A DNA stretch of 64,000 nt from Candidatus Thiomargarita nelsonii (GTDB lineage Bacteria > Pseudomonadota > Gammaproteobacteria > Beggiatoales > Beggiatoaceae). The stretch spans positions 1,992 through 65,991 of the forward strand of contig JSZA02000037.1 in NCBI GenBank assembly GCA_000785145.2. Reading direction: 5' to 3'. Position numbers and translations under genes: made by a program. Under the pieces are notes generated by a model. That model ran no database searches. It was given only the letters and a program-made list of their open reading frames with translations, and was not told where the DNA came from. Shown in pieces: positions 55,459-64,000 of the stretch. Each line of letters opens with the position of its first letter. Position 1 is the stretch's first letter.

Positions 55459-55525
55459 TGTAGGGGCAATCCTTTATGGTTGCCCTTGGTATATTAATTG
55501 TAGGGGCAATCCTTTATGGTTGCCC
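55459..55525. repeat. Two direct copies of TGTAGGGGCAATCCTTTATGGTTGCCC upstream of P3
   Basis: Direct reading; same orientation, 40-bp period. Confidence 0.9.
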
Positions 55526-55550
55526 GACATTTTTTTAACAAGGAGAACTC

Positions 55551-58500
55551 ATGAGAGAAAACCATTCACCACTGATGCGAATCACGGCAGCTGTGATACT
55601 CATCATTACCATGCTCATATTAGAGCCCAGAGCCGTTGCCGCACAGGGTTTGCATAAAGGGCAAGCGGCTCAACTGGACAAAATTGTCGAAACCACATTG
55701 AGCGAATGGCAAGAAAATTTCGTCTCGAACTCGCAGCAACGCCGTACTTTAAAGATAAGTACTCAAACTCTCAAACAACAAGTCCTGACATTAGATGAAC
55801 ACATCGAAGCTGACTTTGAAGCCGTAGCCGAGCATATTAGCCATCTGCCCGCCTCAATTATGCAACGGCATATTGAAACGGTGGCGCGTTATCGTCAAGA
55901 GAGGGACACATTATTAAACAATCTGGACGCGATAGACGCAGCAACAGATAATGAACAACGTCTCACAATCATTGAAGAGACTTTAAATCATCTCAAGCCG
56001 CTACAAAATCAGGGCAAACACACTCCCTTTGATCCCAACCACTTACCTTTTAATACGCCAAAAGGAAATGTGCGTCCACCTATCGAAGATGAAAAAGAAT
56101 TGAAAAGGCGTTTTCCAGCGAAATCGGTCAAAGTAGCGACGACCAGACTTTTGCCAGATATGCTGGCGCAAGCACCCGATTCGACTAATTTGGAGCCAAC
56201 ACCGGAGGTGCAAATCACCCCTGAAATAGAGGCTTTAGCTTTAGAATTAGAACATAACCCCGTCAAAATCTATAATTGGGTGCATGACAACATTCAATTC
56301 ATACCGACTTATGGCTCAATCCGGGGTAGCCAAATGACCTTGGATAGCAAAAGCGGAAATGCCTTTGATACCGCCAGCTTACTCATTGCATTACTCAGAG
56401 CCTCTGGTATTCACGCCCGTTATGCCTATGGCACTGTGCGAATTCCCATTAACCAAGCTATGAATTGGCTTTCCGGTGTCAGCTCAGCAGAAGCGGCGAT
56501 GGAATTATTGGGGCAAGGCGGCATTCCAACAGCAGGATTAGCGCAAGGTGGCGTGATTAAGTTTTTGAAATTGGAACACATTTGGGTAGAAGCCTGGGTA
56601 GATTTTTTTCCGAGCCGAGGGGCTAGACACAAAACCGGTGATAGCTGGGTGCCCATGGACGCGAGCTTTAAACAGCACACCTTTACACCTGCCATCAATT
56701 TAGCAGAGCAAGTCCCCTTTGATATTGAGGCACTACGTGAACACATTCTCACCACCGCACAAATTGATGCTCAAGGTGGAATGACTGATATTGACTTAAC
56801 TTATATGCAGGAAAGCTTAAATGCTTATGAAATTGAACTTGAAACTTACGTAAAGACTAACAATATCGAGTCTGAAGAATTACTCGGCTCAAAGGCCATT
56901 ATACCGGCGAATCGTTCCGTTTTGGCAGCCTCATTACCTTATACCTTAATTGCCATCGGTAGCCAATTCAACGAAATCCCAAGCCATTTGACGCATCGTC
57001 TCACCGTGAAATTTTATCACAGTTCATTGGCACAAACGCTTGATGATCCGACTTTGAGCTACACATTAAGCTTGCCGGCTCTCAACACACAAAGGCTCAG
57101 TGTCACATATCTCCCCGCTACCGCTGCCGACGCCGAAGCCTTAGAAGAAATGAGGAATTCTGGGCTAGAAAAATTGCCCTTATATCTCTTTCAAGTCAAA
57201 CCCGTTCTCAAATTAGAAAACACGGTTCTTGTTGAAGGAAGTGCTATCCAAATGGGACAAGCACAATATTACACAACAACATTCACTGATCCCCATCAAA
57301 TCTATACAGAAAAGGGACAAGCGACGGCTGGAGATGAAATAGCATTGGTTGTCAACGGCAATGGCATTAGCATAGACATAGTGCAAAAACGTTCAGACAC
57401 GGCAGCCTTTGGGAGTGCGGCGGCCGAAAATCTGCACCAAACGGGATTACGTTTTTGGATGGAACATGATCTATTTGACAGTCTCGCGGCTCAAACTTAT
57501 AATGTTCGCGTACAACGTATGCCCTCTATCGGCACTTTTTTAGTCCCTTTGACGGTTGAATATGCTTTTGGGATCCCCAGATCGGGTTATTATAAACTCC
57601 GTCAAGTCGATGTCAAAAGAAATGTACAAACGCTTATGGCACCCAGTGATGAAATACGCTTTAAATTTCTTTCACACATTGGGATGCACGGCTCTTATTT
57701 AGAAGGCTCCGTCCTTGATCAAGTGTTTGGACGCTCTAATACGCCGGCACGCTCAACCAGCCAAATTCTGCTGGAAGCGACGGAACAAAACATTCCTATT
57801 TATAGGATTAACCAAGACAATCTGAATGAAGTTTTACCACTGTTATCGGTTAGTGCAGAGGTTAAAGACGATATAAGAACCGCCATTTCAGCCGGACTGG
57901 GTGCGATTGTGCCGCAAACCGAAATCGTGGTTGGAAATTGGAGTGGTACTGGCTATATTCTGCAAGATTTGATAACGGGTGCGGCTGCTTATTTGATTGA
58001 GGGCGGTTTGAATGGGGGTAGTCATGAGGGCTGTATCATTGATCAGACGAAATTGATTCGCAACCTACCCGTTTTGAAAGTCCGTAAGGATTGGTTGTTT
58101 AAACATTTTGCTCGTGATCAAGCTTATTGGAAGGCGAAATTAGAGCAGGCTAAAAACCTGAATAATCAAACGGATGTTGGTTATTATACCGACTTGCTTG
58201 ATGAGTCGGCAAGAGCGTTTGTGGCTGCTCTGATCAGATGGGATATTGAATTTGTGCTAGAAGGTGAAGGGTGTTTTGTTGCAAAAGCAAAAAAAGCTGG
58301 GACAGATGGTTATACGACGGAGGAATTTTATGTCCGAGTGGAAAGAAATGCGGAAACCGGTGAGTTGACGATTCCGTCAGTGGAGTTCATTGGAAAGGGA
58401 TTGACTCCTTGTTGGGGTTATGAGTGGGATTTTGGAGATGAGACTGGCACGAGCACACAAAACAATCCTAGTTATTCTTATTCTTATAGCGAAACTAAGA

Positions 58501-59939
58501 AATACACGGTATCCGTGACGGCGAGTTGTGATAAAATTCCAGGGAGCTCAACTAGTGAAATAGAAGTGTATGTCACTTTGGTGGAAATGGATGTTAGGGA
58601 AACCGAGCCTTATGAGGTCAATCAAATAGGGCCAGATGATCCAAGACTGAACGATGAGGGTGGTAGAGAGGATTGGTTAGCCAGAAATAAGTTACTGGTG
58701 TGGCATGATGCTAATAATGAGAATAAAATCACTTTTGAAGTGGTGAAACTGGAGAAAAACAGTGTATTTTGGGTTGAAATCATAGGAACGGGCAATGGAG
58801 AAACCAATTCTCTTAATCCAGAACTACCCATATTTGAAAAACTGACAGAGTCTTCTGAGGATGATTCTTCTAAGGAGTATAATCTTTACATCGTTGAAGA
58901 TAATGACGACAGTGATTTGCTGGTGAGATATGGGCTAGATTTTGATCAATCTGAGTCTTTGGAAGAAAATAATCAACAAGGCGAGAATGAAATCTTTGGT
59001 GAGTATGAAATTTATGGGATTTCGGATGAGGAATATGCTGAGTCTCGGAATAACTTTAACGGCTACTTATTGAGTTTCTTGTTATCAGATATAACAGACT
59101 ATAGCCTATCTCATCTTAGCCATGCTTTAGTTTATCGTGTGGCTAATGGTCTTTTTAAAGAACCGTGGTTCTTTTCTAAGGATTACCGTCCTTCTCATGT
59201 AAAGAATAATCAACCTCCAACGACAGTCACAAAGAACGCTTATGAGGCATTAACTCATAAATGTGGTACTGAATTAACGGTCAATGATGACGGTATCCGT
59301 TTTGTTACGATACCAAGGACTGATGATGACGGGAATATCCTAACGATAGATGGAAGAACCTTGATAACATTCCGTCTTGATCCAAATGGTAGAAAATATC
59401 CGGATGCCGAAGCCAAGCTCACCGTTTACTACTATGACAGTTCTTCGGATGCGGCGATTCTTGTTAGAGAATATGAAGAGTTTCAAAAACAAATTAAGAA
59501 TCTCATTCTTGGAGAACAACAATTGTCTTATGATGACATTAAAAATCAATATGATGTCACTGAGGGTGGCATACAAGAACTCACTTTTTTACTAGAAGGT
59601 TTTTTTGTTAATTTTACCCCTTACGGTAAGATAGGACTGGGTGGTGTGACGATCGAAGGGCCAAATAATGAGATCCATTTATGGGTTGAAATGCAAGGCT
59701 CAGATTTGGTTATCAGTCAAGTTAAAGTTTCACTCCGGTTAGAAGATATTTTTGATTACAACTACTTTAAACCCGGGACAGCAGACTGGACAGATGCTTC
59801 ACGATCCGCGAGCATGATTCAATGTGGTTTTGAAAAAGCGGGCTCAGTGAGCAATGCGGGAGAAATAGGAGTTGTTCGCATTGATGTGGATGGTCTGATT
59901 GAAATAGGGACAATCATTAAATCTCAACCAACACCTTAA
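55551..59939 (+). CDS. P3: full-length paralog of P1/P2 with a third, unrelated C-terminus (PKD-like domain + large acidic region)
   Basis: The same RBS and start context as P1, and the same SGNAFDTASLLIALLRASGIHARYAYG / EHIWVEAWV / WVPMDAS core. Junction motif WSGTGYILQDLITGAAAYLIEGGLNGG. The C-terminus contains WDFGDETGTSTQNNPSYSYSYSETKKYTVSVTA (PKD-like). Confidence 0.8.
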   Translation: MRENHSPLMRITAAVILIITMLILEPRAVAAQGLHKGQAAQLDKIVETTLSEWQENFVSNSQQRRTLKISTQTLKQQVLTLDEHIEADFEAVAEHISHLPASIMQRHIETVARYRQERDTLLNNLDAIDAATDNEQRLTIIEETLNHLKPLQNQGKHTPFDPNHLPFNTPKGNVRPPIEDEKELKRRFPAKSVKVATTRLLPDMLAQAPDSTNLEPTPEVQITPEIEALALELEHNPVKIYNWVHDNIQFIPTYGSIRGSQMTLDSKSGNAFDTASLLIALLRASGIHARYAYGTVRIPINQAMNWLSGVSSAEAAMELLGQGGIPTAGLAQGGVIKFLKLEHIWVEAWVDFFPSRGARHKTGDSWVPMDASFKQHTFTPAINLAEQVPFDIEALREHILTTAQIDAQGGMTDIDLTYMQESLNAYEIELETYVKTNNIESEELLGSKAIIPANRSVLAASLPYTLIAIGSQFNEIPSHLTHRLTVKFYHSSLAQTLDDPTLSYTLSLPALNTQRLSVTYLPATAADAEALEEMRNSGLEKLPLYLFQVKPVLKLENTVLVEGSAIQMGQAQYYTTTFTDPHQIYTEKGQATAGDEIALVVNGNGISIDIVQKRSDTAAFGSAAAENLHQTGLRFWMEHDLFDSLAAQTYNVRVQRMPSIGTFLVPLTVEYAFGIPRSGYYKLRQVDVKRNVQTLMAPSDEIRFKFLSHIGMHGSYLEGSVLDQVFGRSNTPARSTSQILLEATEQNIPIYRINQDNLNEVLPLLSVSAEVKDDIRTAISAGLGAIVPQTEIVVGNWSGTGYILQDLITGAAAYLIEGGLNGGSHEGCIIDQTKLIRNLPVLKVRKDWLFKHFARDQAYWKAKLEQAKNLNNQTDVGYYTDLLDESARAFVAALIRWDIEFVLEGEGCFVAKAKKAGTDGYTTEEFYVRVERNAETGELTIPSVEFIGKGLTPCWGYEWDFGDETGTSTQNNPSYSYSYSETKKYTVSVTASCDKIPGSSTSEIEVYVTLVEMDVRETEPYEVNQIGPDDPRLNDEGGREDWLARNKLLVWHDANNENKITFEVVKLEKNSVFWVEIIGTGNGETNSLNPELPIFEKLTESSEDDSSKEYNLYIVEDNDDSDLLVRYGLDFDQSESLEENNQQGENEIFGEYEIYGISDEEYAESRNNFNGYLLSFLLSDITDYSLSHLSHALVYRVANGLFKEPWFFSKDYRPSHVKNNQPPTTVTKNAYEALTHKCGTELTVNDDGIRFVTIPRTDDDGNILTIDGRTLITFRLDPNGRKYPDAEAKLTVYYYDSSSDAAILVREYEEFQKQIKNLILGEQQLSYDDIKNQYDVTEGGIQELTFLLEGFFVNFTPYGKIGLGGVTIEGPNNEIHLWVEMQGSDLVISQVKVSLRLEDIFDYNYFKPGTADWTDASRSASMIQCGFEKAGSVSNAGEIGVVRIDVDGLIEIGTIIKSQPTP

Positions 59940-60044
59940 CTTGTCCAGAAACGTTTTATCCACGGTTCAAACTTGAGAAGTGTTAAAAACTTCTTGAGTT
60001 TGAGCAAAAATTAAACAACTCTATTGATTGGAGAAGATTGTATT

Positions 60045-61067
60045 ATGACTCATTTTTACAAACCCCTTATTTGCTTGTTACTAATAAGCCTCAGTTTCAT
60101 GGCTTACGGAGAGAAGATTGTTCCCCCCGTCTCAATGGCAGAATTGCCGACCAATATCGAGGAGAAATCGCCAGAAGAACTGGCAGAGTTGATGACTCAC
60201 ATTGCGGGATGGAGTTACCAAGTGCTAGTAGACGTTCCCGAAACCGGACTACAAGCTCAACAAGAATCACTTGAACAAGTGATTGCCCTTAGAAAATGGC
60301 TACAAGCACGTCAGCACCCGTTATTTCAGTTGCTAGCTTTTCGACTGATTGCTGGGGTTGATAAAGCCATTATGAACGAAATCTTTCGTCAAGAAATGGC
60401 AAATCATGGAATTACCGTCAGTCTTCCAATTTTTAAAACGGGATCATTTGATGAACCCTTGTTGAAACATCTGTTGTCATTGAATGAAGTCACCGAACCA
60501 GAGGTGATTGAATATGCTATCAGTCTTGAGGGCAAAATAGCGACCTATTGTCGACAACAAAATTATCCTATTGAGGATTATGTGGGTGGGTTAATTTTGG
60601 GAAAAATTTCCTCGGAAATGCTCGACTATGTTACCGATATTATGTATGCTTTCCCCCCCCCCCTATTGGAGCAATTATCAAAACCACTTGCAACCGATTT
60701 ACTTTTTGTTCAAACATTGGGACTGATTGATAAAAAAAGAGATATTCGTCTGTTAACGGATATCTACTTCGAGAGTGGCTTTCCTAACAACGGCAAAGAT
60801 TTAGAAAACTTGATCAAGTTGAAATTATCAACAAGTCAGCGAATACGTGTAAGTACGAGCTATAAGACTACCTCTAATAAGGTGATGAATACCTTATTTG
60901 CTTATACAGGACGTGACTCCTTATCGTCTTATGGTTTTGGAATAACATTATTTATTCTTCCTTTTATTCAAGAACTAGATGTGATCCCAGTACAAGAACT
61001 TGATAAATTATCTCGAAAGTTTAAACGTCGCATTGGACAATGGCTCACTTTTAAGGAGGAAGGGTAG
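60045..61067 (+). CDS. Secreted protein (340 aa), paralog of the next gene
   Basis: Signal peptide MTHFYKPLICLLLISLSFMAYG; ends IGQWLTFKEEG; followed by a stem-loop and T-run. Confidence 0.55.
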   Translation: MTHFYKPLICLLLISLSFMAYGEKIVPPVSMAELPTNIEEKSPEELAELMTHIAGWSYQVLVDVPETGLQAQQESLEQVIALRKWLQARQHPLFQLLAFRLIAGVDKAIMNEIFRQEMANHGITVSLPIFKTGSFDEPLLKHLLSLNEVTEPEVIEYAISLEGKIATYCRQQNYPIEDYVGGLILGKISSEMLDYVTDIMYAFPPPLLEQLSKPLATDLLFVQTLGLIDKKRDIRLLTDIYFESGFPNNGKDLENLIKLKLSTSQRIRVSTSYKTTSNKVMNTLFAYTGRDSLSSYGFGITLFILPFIQELDVIPVQELDKLSRKFKRRIGQWLTFKEEG

Positions 61068-61074
61068 CTAAATC

Positions 61075-61101
61075 GTGGGGAAAATTGTCCCCACTGTTTT
61101 T
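61075..61101 (+). terminator. Rho-independent terminator-like hairpin GTGGGGA-N6-TCCCCAC + TGTTTTT
   Basis: Lies 8 nt after the stop of 60045-61067. Confidence 0.6.
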
Positions 61102-61115
61102 GAGTGCTACTTGAT

Positions 61116-62114
61116 ATGACTCATTTTTACAAACCTCTTATTTGCTTGTTACTAATAAGCCTCAATTTTTCTGCTTATGCTGAAAATAGCTTACCTGAAT
61201 TACCAAGTGACATTCAGGCTAAAACCACTTCAGAACAAGCCGAAATACTGGGACAAATTGCTGAATTCAGTTATCAAGTGTTAATCGAAGTGCCAGAAAA
61301 AGGTCTTCAAATCCAGCGTGCGGCAATTGAGGATATCATAAGCACTCGTCAATGGCTTGAAACCACACAACTTTCGTTGTTTAAATTGCTGGCATTGCGC
61401 TTGCAAGAAGGCGTTGATCGGGCTATCGTAAATGAGATGTACCGAAAAGAGATGACCAGACATGGTTACACGGTACATACCCCTTTTAAAGTGGGTTCTT
61501 TTGATCTGGCTTTAATAGAAAATTTATTGAATCTGAATGAATTTTCTGAACAACCCGCGATTGAATATGCCATCAGTCTGGATGGTCAGATAGGCCCTTT
61601 TTGTAGACAAGAAAATTATCCTTATGAAATTTATTCTAAAGGTTTGATTTTAAGAAGAGTCTCAACCGAGATAAAAAGTTTGGTTCAAGAGATCCTCAAC
61701 ACTTTTGGTTTAGTCGGTCAAATGACAGAAAAAGAAGTGTCTGACTTTTTATTTAGCCAAACCTTGTTAGGCATTGATAAAGCGAGAGATGTTCGTATCG
61801 CCGCTCAAGTTTATCAGACGGCAGGTGGATTTCCTCAAACGTCGAGAGAATTGAGGGAACTCATTAATTCTAAACTCCCTTTATATGGCGCGATAAAGGG
61901 ACGGCTGAGTACGGGTTATGCGACCACACCAAGTGATGTAATAGGTACATTAGAACTTTATGTTTCAAGCCGGCCATTTTATTATGGATATTCATTGACT
62001 CTCCTTCTTTTCCCCTTTTTGGCCAATATCGATCCGGTTCCTGAAGACTACCGTCAGCCCATTAATGATATGGAAGTTGGGCAATGGTTGACTTTTGCTG
62101 AGGAGGAAAGCTAG
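61116..62114 (+). CDS. Secreted protein (332 aa), paralog of 60045-61067
   Basis: The signal peptide is almost identical to the previous gene; ~40-45% identity overall; ends VGQWLTFAEEES. Confidence 0.55.
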   Translation: MTHFYKPLICLLLISLNFSAYAENSLPELPSDIQAKTTSEQAEILGQIAEFSYQVLIEVPEKGLQIQRAAIEDIISTRQWLETTQLSLFKLLALRLQEGVDRAIVNEMYRKEMTRHGYTVHTPFKVGSFDLALIENLLNLNEFSEQPAIEYAISLDGQIGPFCRQENYPYEIYSKGLILRRVSTEIKSLVQEILNTFGLVGQMTEKEVSDFLFSQTLLGIDKARDVRIAAQVYQTAGGFPQTSRELRELINSKLPLYGAIKGRLSTGYATTPSDVIGTLELYVSSRPFYYGYSLTLLLFPFLANIDPVPEDYRQPINDMEVGQWLTFAEEES

Positions 62115-62124
62115 TCAAAAAAAA

Positions 62125-62167
62125 GGTCTGTCGAATTTGAGCGGAAATCGACAGACCTATTTATTTG
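62125..62167 (+). terminator. Hairpin GGTCTGTCGA-N13-TCGACAGACC followed by a T-rich tract
   Basis: Lies 10 nt after the stop of 61116-62114. Confidence 0.55.
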
Positions 62168-62211
62168 ACGGCTTTTGTTAGAGTATCAACCTTTGAGAGG
62201 AAATCTAAATC

Positions 62212-63312
62212 ATGGGATTGATAAAAAAAATAATGAAGTTTTTGCTTATTTCTATAATACTTTTGGTTCTATTTATTATTTGGATTGTGCAACAGCCACC
62301 AACCTTAGTCGATAGTAAGGAGGGAACGTATAACAAAGCACTTTCTAATGGCGGTGTTCTGAAAAGGACATGGAGTGAACAACATTATGTCAATACCTCA
62401 TGGGGAGATCAATCGGTCTATCGCAGTAGTGAAACGAAGTACATTCCTCCGAATGGAGGAGCCCCAGAACGCATTCGAGGAATCAATAATGCTCAATTGA
62501 AAGGTATAATAGAAAATGCTTTTATTATTAATAATTTAGTTGTTATACCTAATTCAACACCTGAATTGGTGATTCGATATGCAAAGAATCGTTGGCGAAA
62601 AGTGTCGGCTCTAAACATTTTGTACCAGAAACTTCAAGAAAGGGATTATTTCTATAAAGAACATGATAACAACCTATCTGAAATGAAAATAATTATTGAT
62701 GATACCTTGGAACTGTCTTTCAATTACTCAACCTTACTTTTTAATTACTCATTCCGATTTCGGTTGGCCAAAAACGGAAGAGCTTTAGAATTGGTAAATG
62801 TGACAAGTATACCAAAAGAAAAAGAATTCGTTTTAAGAAAACGTCAAGCCGAAAATAACTTACATTTAAAAATACCTAGCACATGGGTAGTTACTAAATT
62901 TTCTGGCTCTGGTGAGTCTTGTTTTGAAACTTTTCCTGCAAGTGTAAATTTAATCAATCTTGAAGTTCCAAACCATGAGCAACATATAATACGTTTAATA
63001 GGTCATAAAACAAATCTTCCTAGAAAATTCTTGTTTCCCCGTAAGCATTGCATAAGAACAGGTGAATTAGATACACAAATCTGGTTTAATATTAATGAAA
63101 ATCCATTTCGGTTACAAAAGACAAAAAGCCTTTCTAAAGATAGATTTTCTCATAATCGTTTTGATTCGGCCGAAACAGTGCATGGTGCCATCAAAATAAG
63201 TAAGAGAAACTTTTATCTTTACGTTTATGCTAAACGCATAAATAATCAGATCATAGAAGAATTTTTGTCTCAACTAGATTCTCTAAACTCACCAAAACGG
63301 AAGAACTTTTGA
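62212..63312 (+). CDS. N-terminally membrane-anchored hypothetical protein (366 aa)
   Basis: GAGAGG RBS and one N-terminal TM; no recognisable domain. Confidence 0.45.
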   Translation: MGLIKKIMKFLLISIILLVLFIIWIVQQPPTLVDSKEGTYNKALSNGGVLKRTWSEQHYVNTSWGDQSVYRSSETKYIPPNGGAPERIRGINNAQLKGIIENAFIINNLVVIPNSTPELVIRYAKNRWRKVSALNILYQKLQERDYFYKEHDNNLSEMKIIIDDTLELSFNYSTLLFNYSFRFRLAKNGRALELVNVTSIPKEKEFVLRKRQAENNLHLKIPSTWVVTKFSGSGESCFETFPASVNLINLEVPNHEQHIIRLIGHKTNLPRKFLFPRKHCIRTGELDTQIWFNINENPFRLQKTKSLSKDRFSHNRFDSAETVHGAIKISKRNFYLYVYAKRINNQIIEEFLSQLDSLNSPKRKNF

Positions 63313-63666
63313 ATTAGTGGAGATGACAAGCCAGCCAAAGGAAAAAGAATTCGTTTCAAGAAAACGTCAAGCCGAAAATGATTTCGATTTAAAAATACCT
63401 AGCGCGTGGATAGCGAGCGTAGGGTCAATGCCATTAAGTTAAGCCGCCTTATACCATAAGGGATTGTACGACTAACTACGATGGCATTGAGTACAAGGAG
63501 AAATCTTGAGTTGAAACGAAGTAACGAAGTAAAATAACACTCGCTATGCGTTTTTTATTATAATAATGACTAAGCTATACTCATTTTGAAAATGGTCGAT
63601 TTGTGTTCCAACTTATTGAGTTGAAAGCAAAATTAAACAACTCTATTGATTGGAGAAGATTGTATT

Positions 63667-64000
63667 ATGACTCATTTTTACAAACCTCTTATTTGTTTGT
63701 TACTAATAAGCCTCAGTTTCATGGCTTACGGAGAGAAAATTGTTCCCCCCGTCTCAATGGCAGAATTGCCGACCAATATCGAGGAGAAATCGCCAGAAGA
63801 ACTGGCTGAGTTGATGACTCACATTGCGGGATGGAGTTACCAAGTGCTACTATAGCCCTTCGGCTCAACATCTGGATGACCCCTCATTAAACTATACACT
63901 CAGTTTGCCAGCCTTAAATACTCAACGGTTCGGTGTCACTTATGAACCCGCCACCGAAAAAGATGCCCAAACCTTAAACCATTTTATAACGGCAGACACA
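63667..64000 (+). pseudogene. Chimeric fragment: duplicate of the 5' end of 60045-61067 fused to an internal P2-type segment; continues beyond the window
   Basis: 63603-63849 is ~98% identical to 59981-60227. 63850-64000 is ~98% identical to 47668-47818 (SPSAQHLDDPSLNYTLSLPALNTQRFGVTYEPATEKDAQTLNHFITADT) and lies in a different frame. Confidence 0.7.

Noticed and set aside
1-64000. tRNA, rRNA, tmRNA, riboswitch, group II intron, DGR or prophage signatures
   Set aside because: Scanning by eye found no tRNA-like T-arm/acceptor patterns outside CDSs. No rRNA-like stretches, reverse transcriptase, integrase or phage structural genes were found either. Such a scan can miss small RNAs.

Overview
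AT-rich (roughly 40% GC by eye) proteobacterial chromosomal window. The housekeeping content looks gammaproteobacterial (yajC-secD-secF, CheR/CheB, GspD/GspF, VapBC). The window is saturated with short palindromic REP/REPIN/MITE-like repeats; this resembles repeat-laden genomes such as large sulfur bacteria, but that is only a guess. All homology calls come from reading the translations by eye; no searches were run.

Positions 1-35 kb hold signalling, transport and housekeeping genes. These include a Clp-like AAA+ ATPase, REC-GGDEF, VapBC, an NTT/MFS-HEAT transporter, a cNMP-binding protein, CheR/CheB, a family-5 SBP, GAF-GGDEF, TauE, FIST, SecDF-YajC, TPR-CHAT, HspQ, lipoproteins, and an orphan ubiC-like-gspF-gspD operon. 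A gene-decay cluster lies at 13.1-15.8 kb, and a 111-bp-period composite hairpin array lies downstream of gspD.

Positions 36-64 kb are an accessory island and the most interesting part. It starts with a ~1983-aa secreted protein (prenyltransferase-like, CarboxypepD_reg-like, FG-GAP, CARDB-like) split by a 105-bp palindromic element. Next come three paralogous 1000-1460 aa proteins that share a signal-anchor, a coiled coil and a transglutaminase-like core with Ala in place of the catalytic Cys. All three share a junction motif (GYIxxDxxTGAxAYxIxGGxNGG), after which their C-termini are unrelated. Each is followed by different small ORFs. The island also carries decapitated and chimeric copies, an Imm1-like ORF, an RHS fragment, and a Rep_3 plasmid-type initiator with iterons between the two locus copies.

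I read this island as a candidate undescribed polymorphic effector/immunity-type system. No tRNA, rRNA, CRISPR-cas or transposase genes were recognised.
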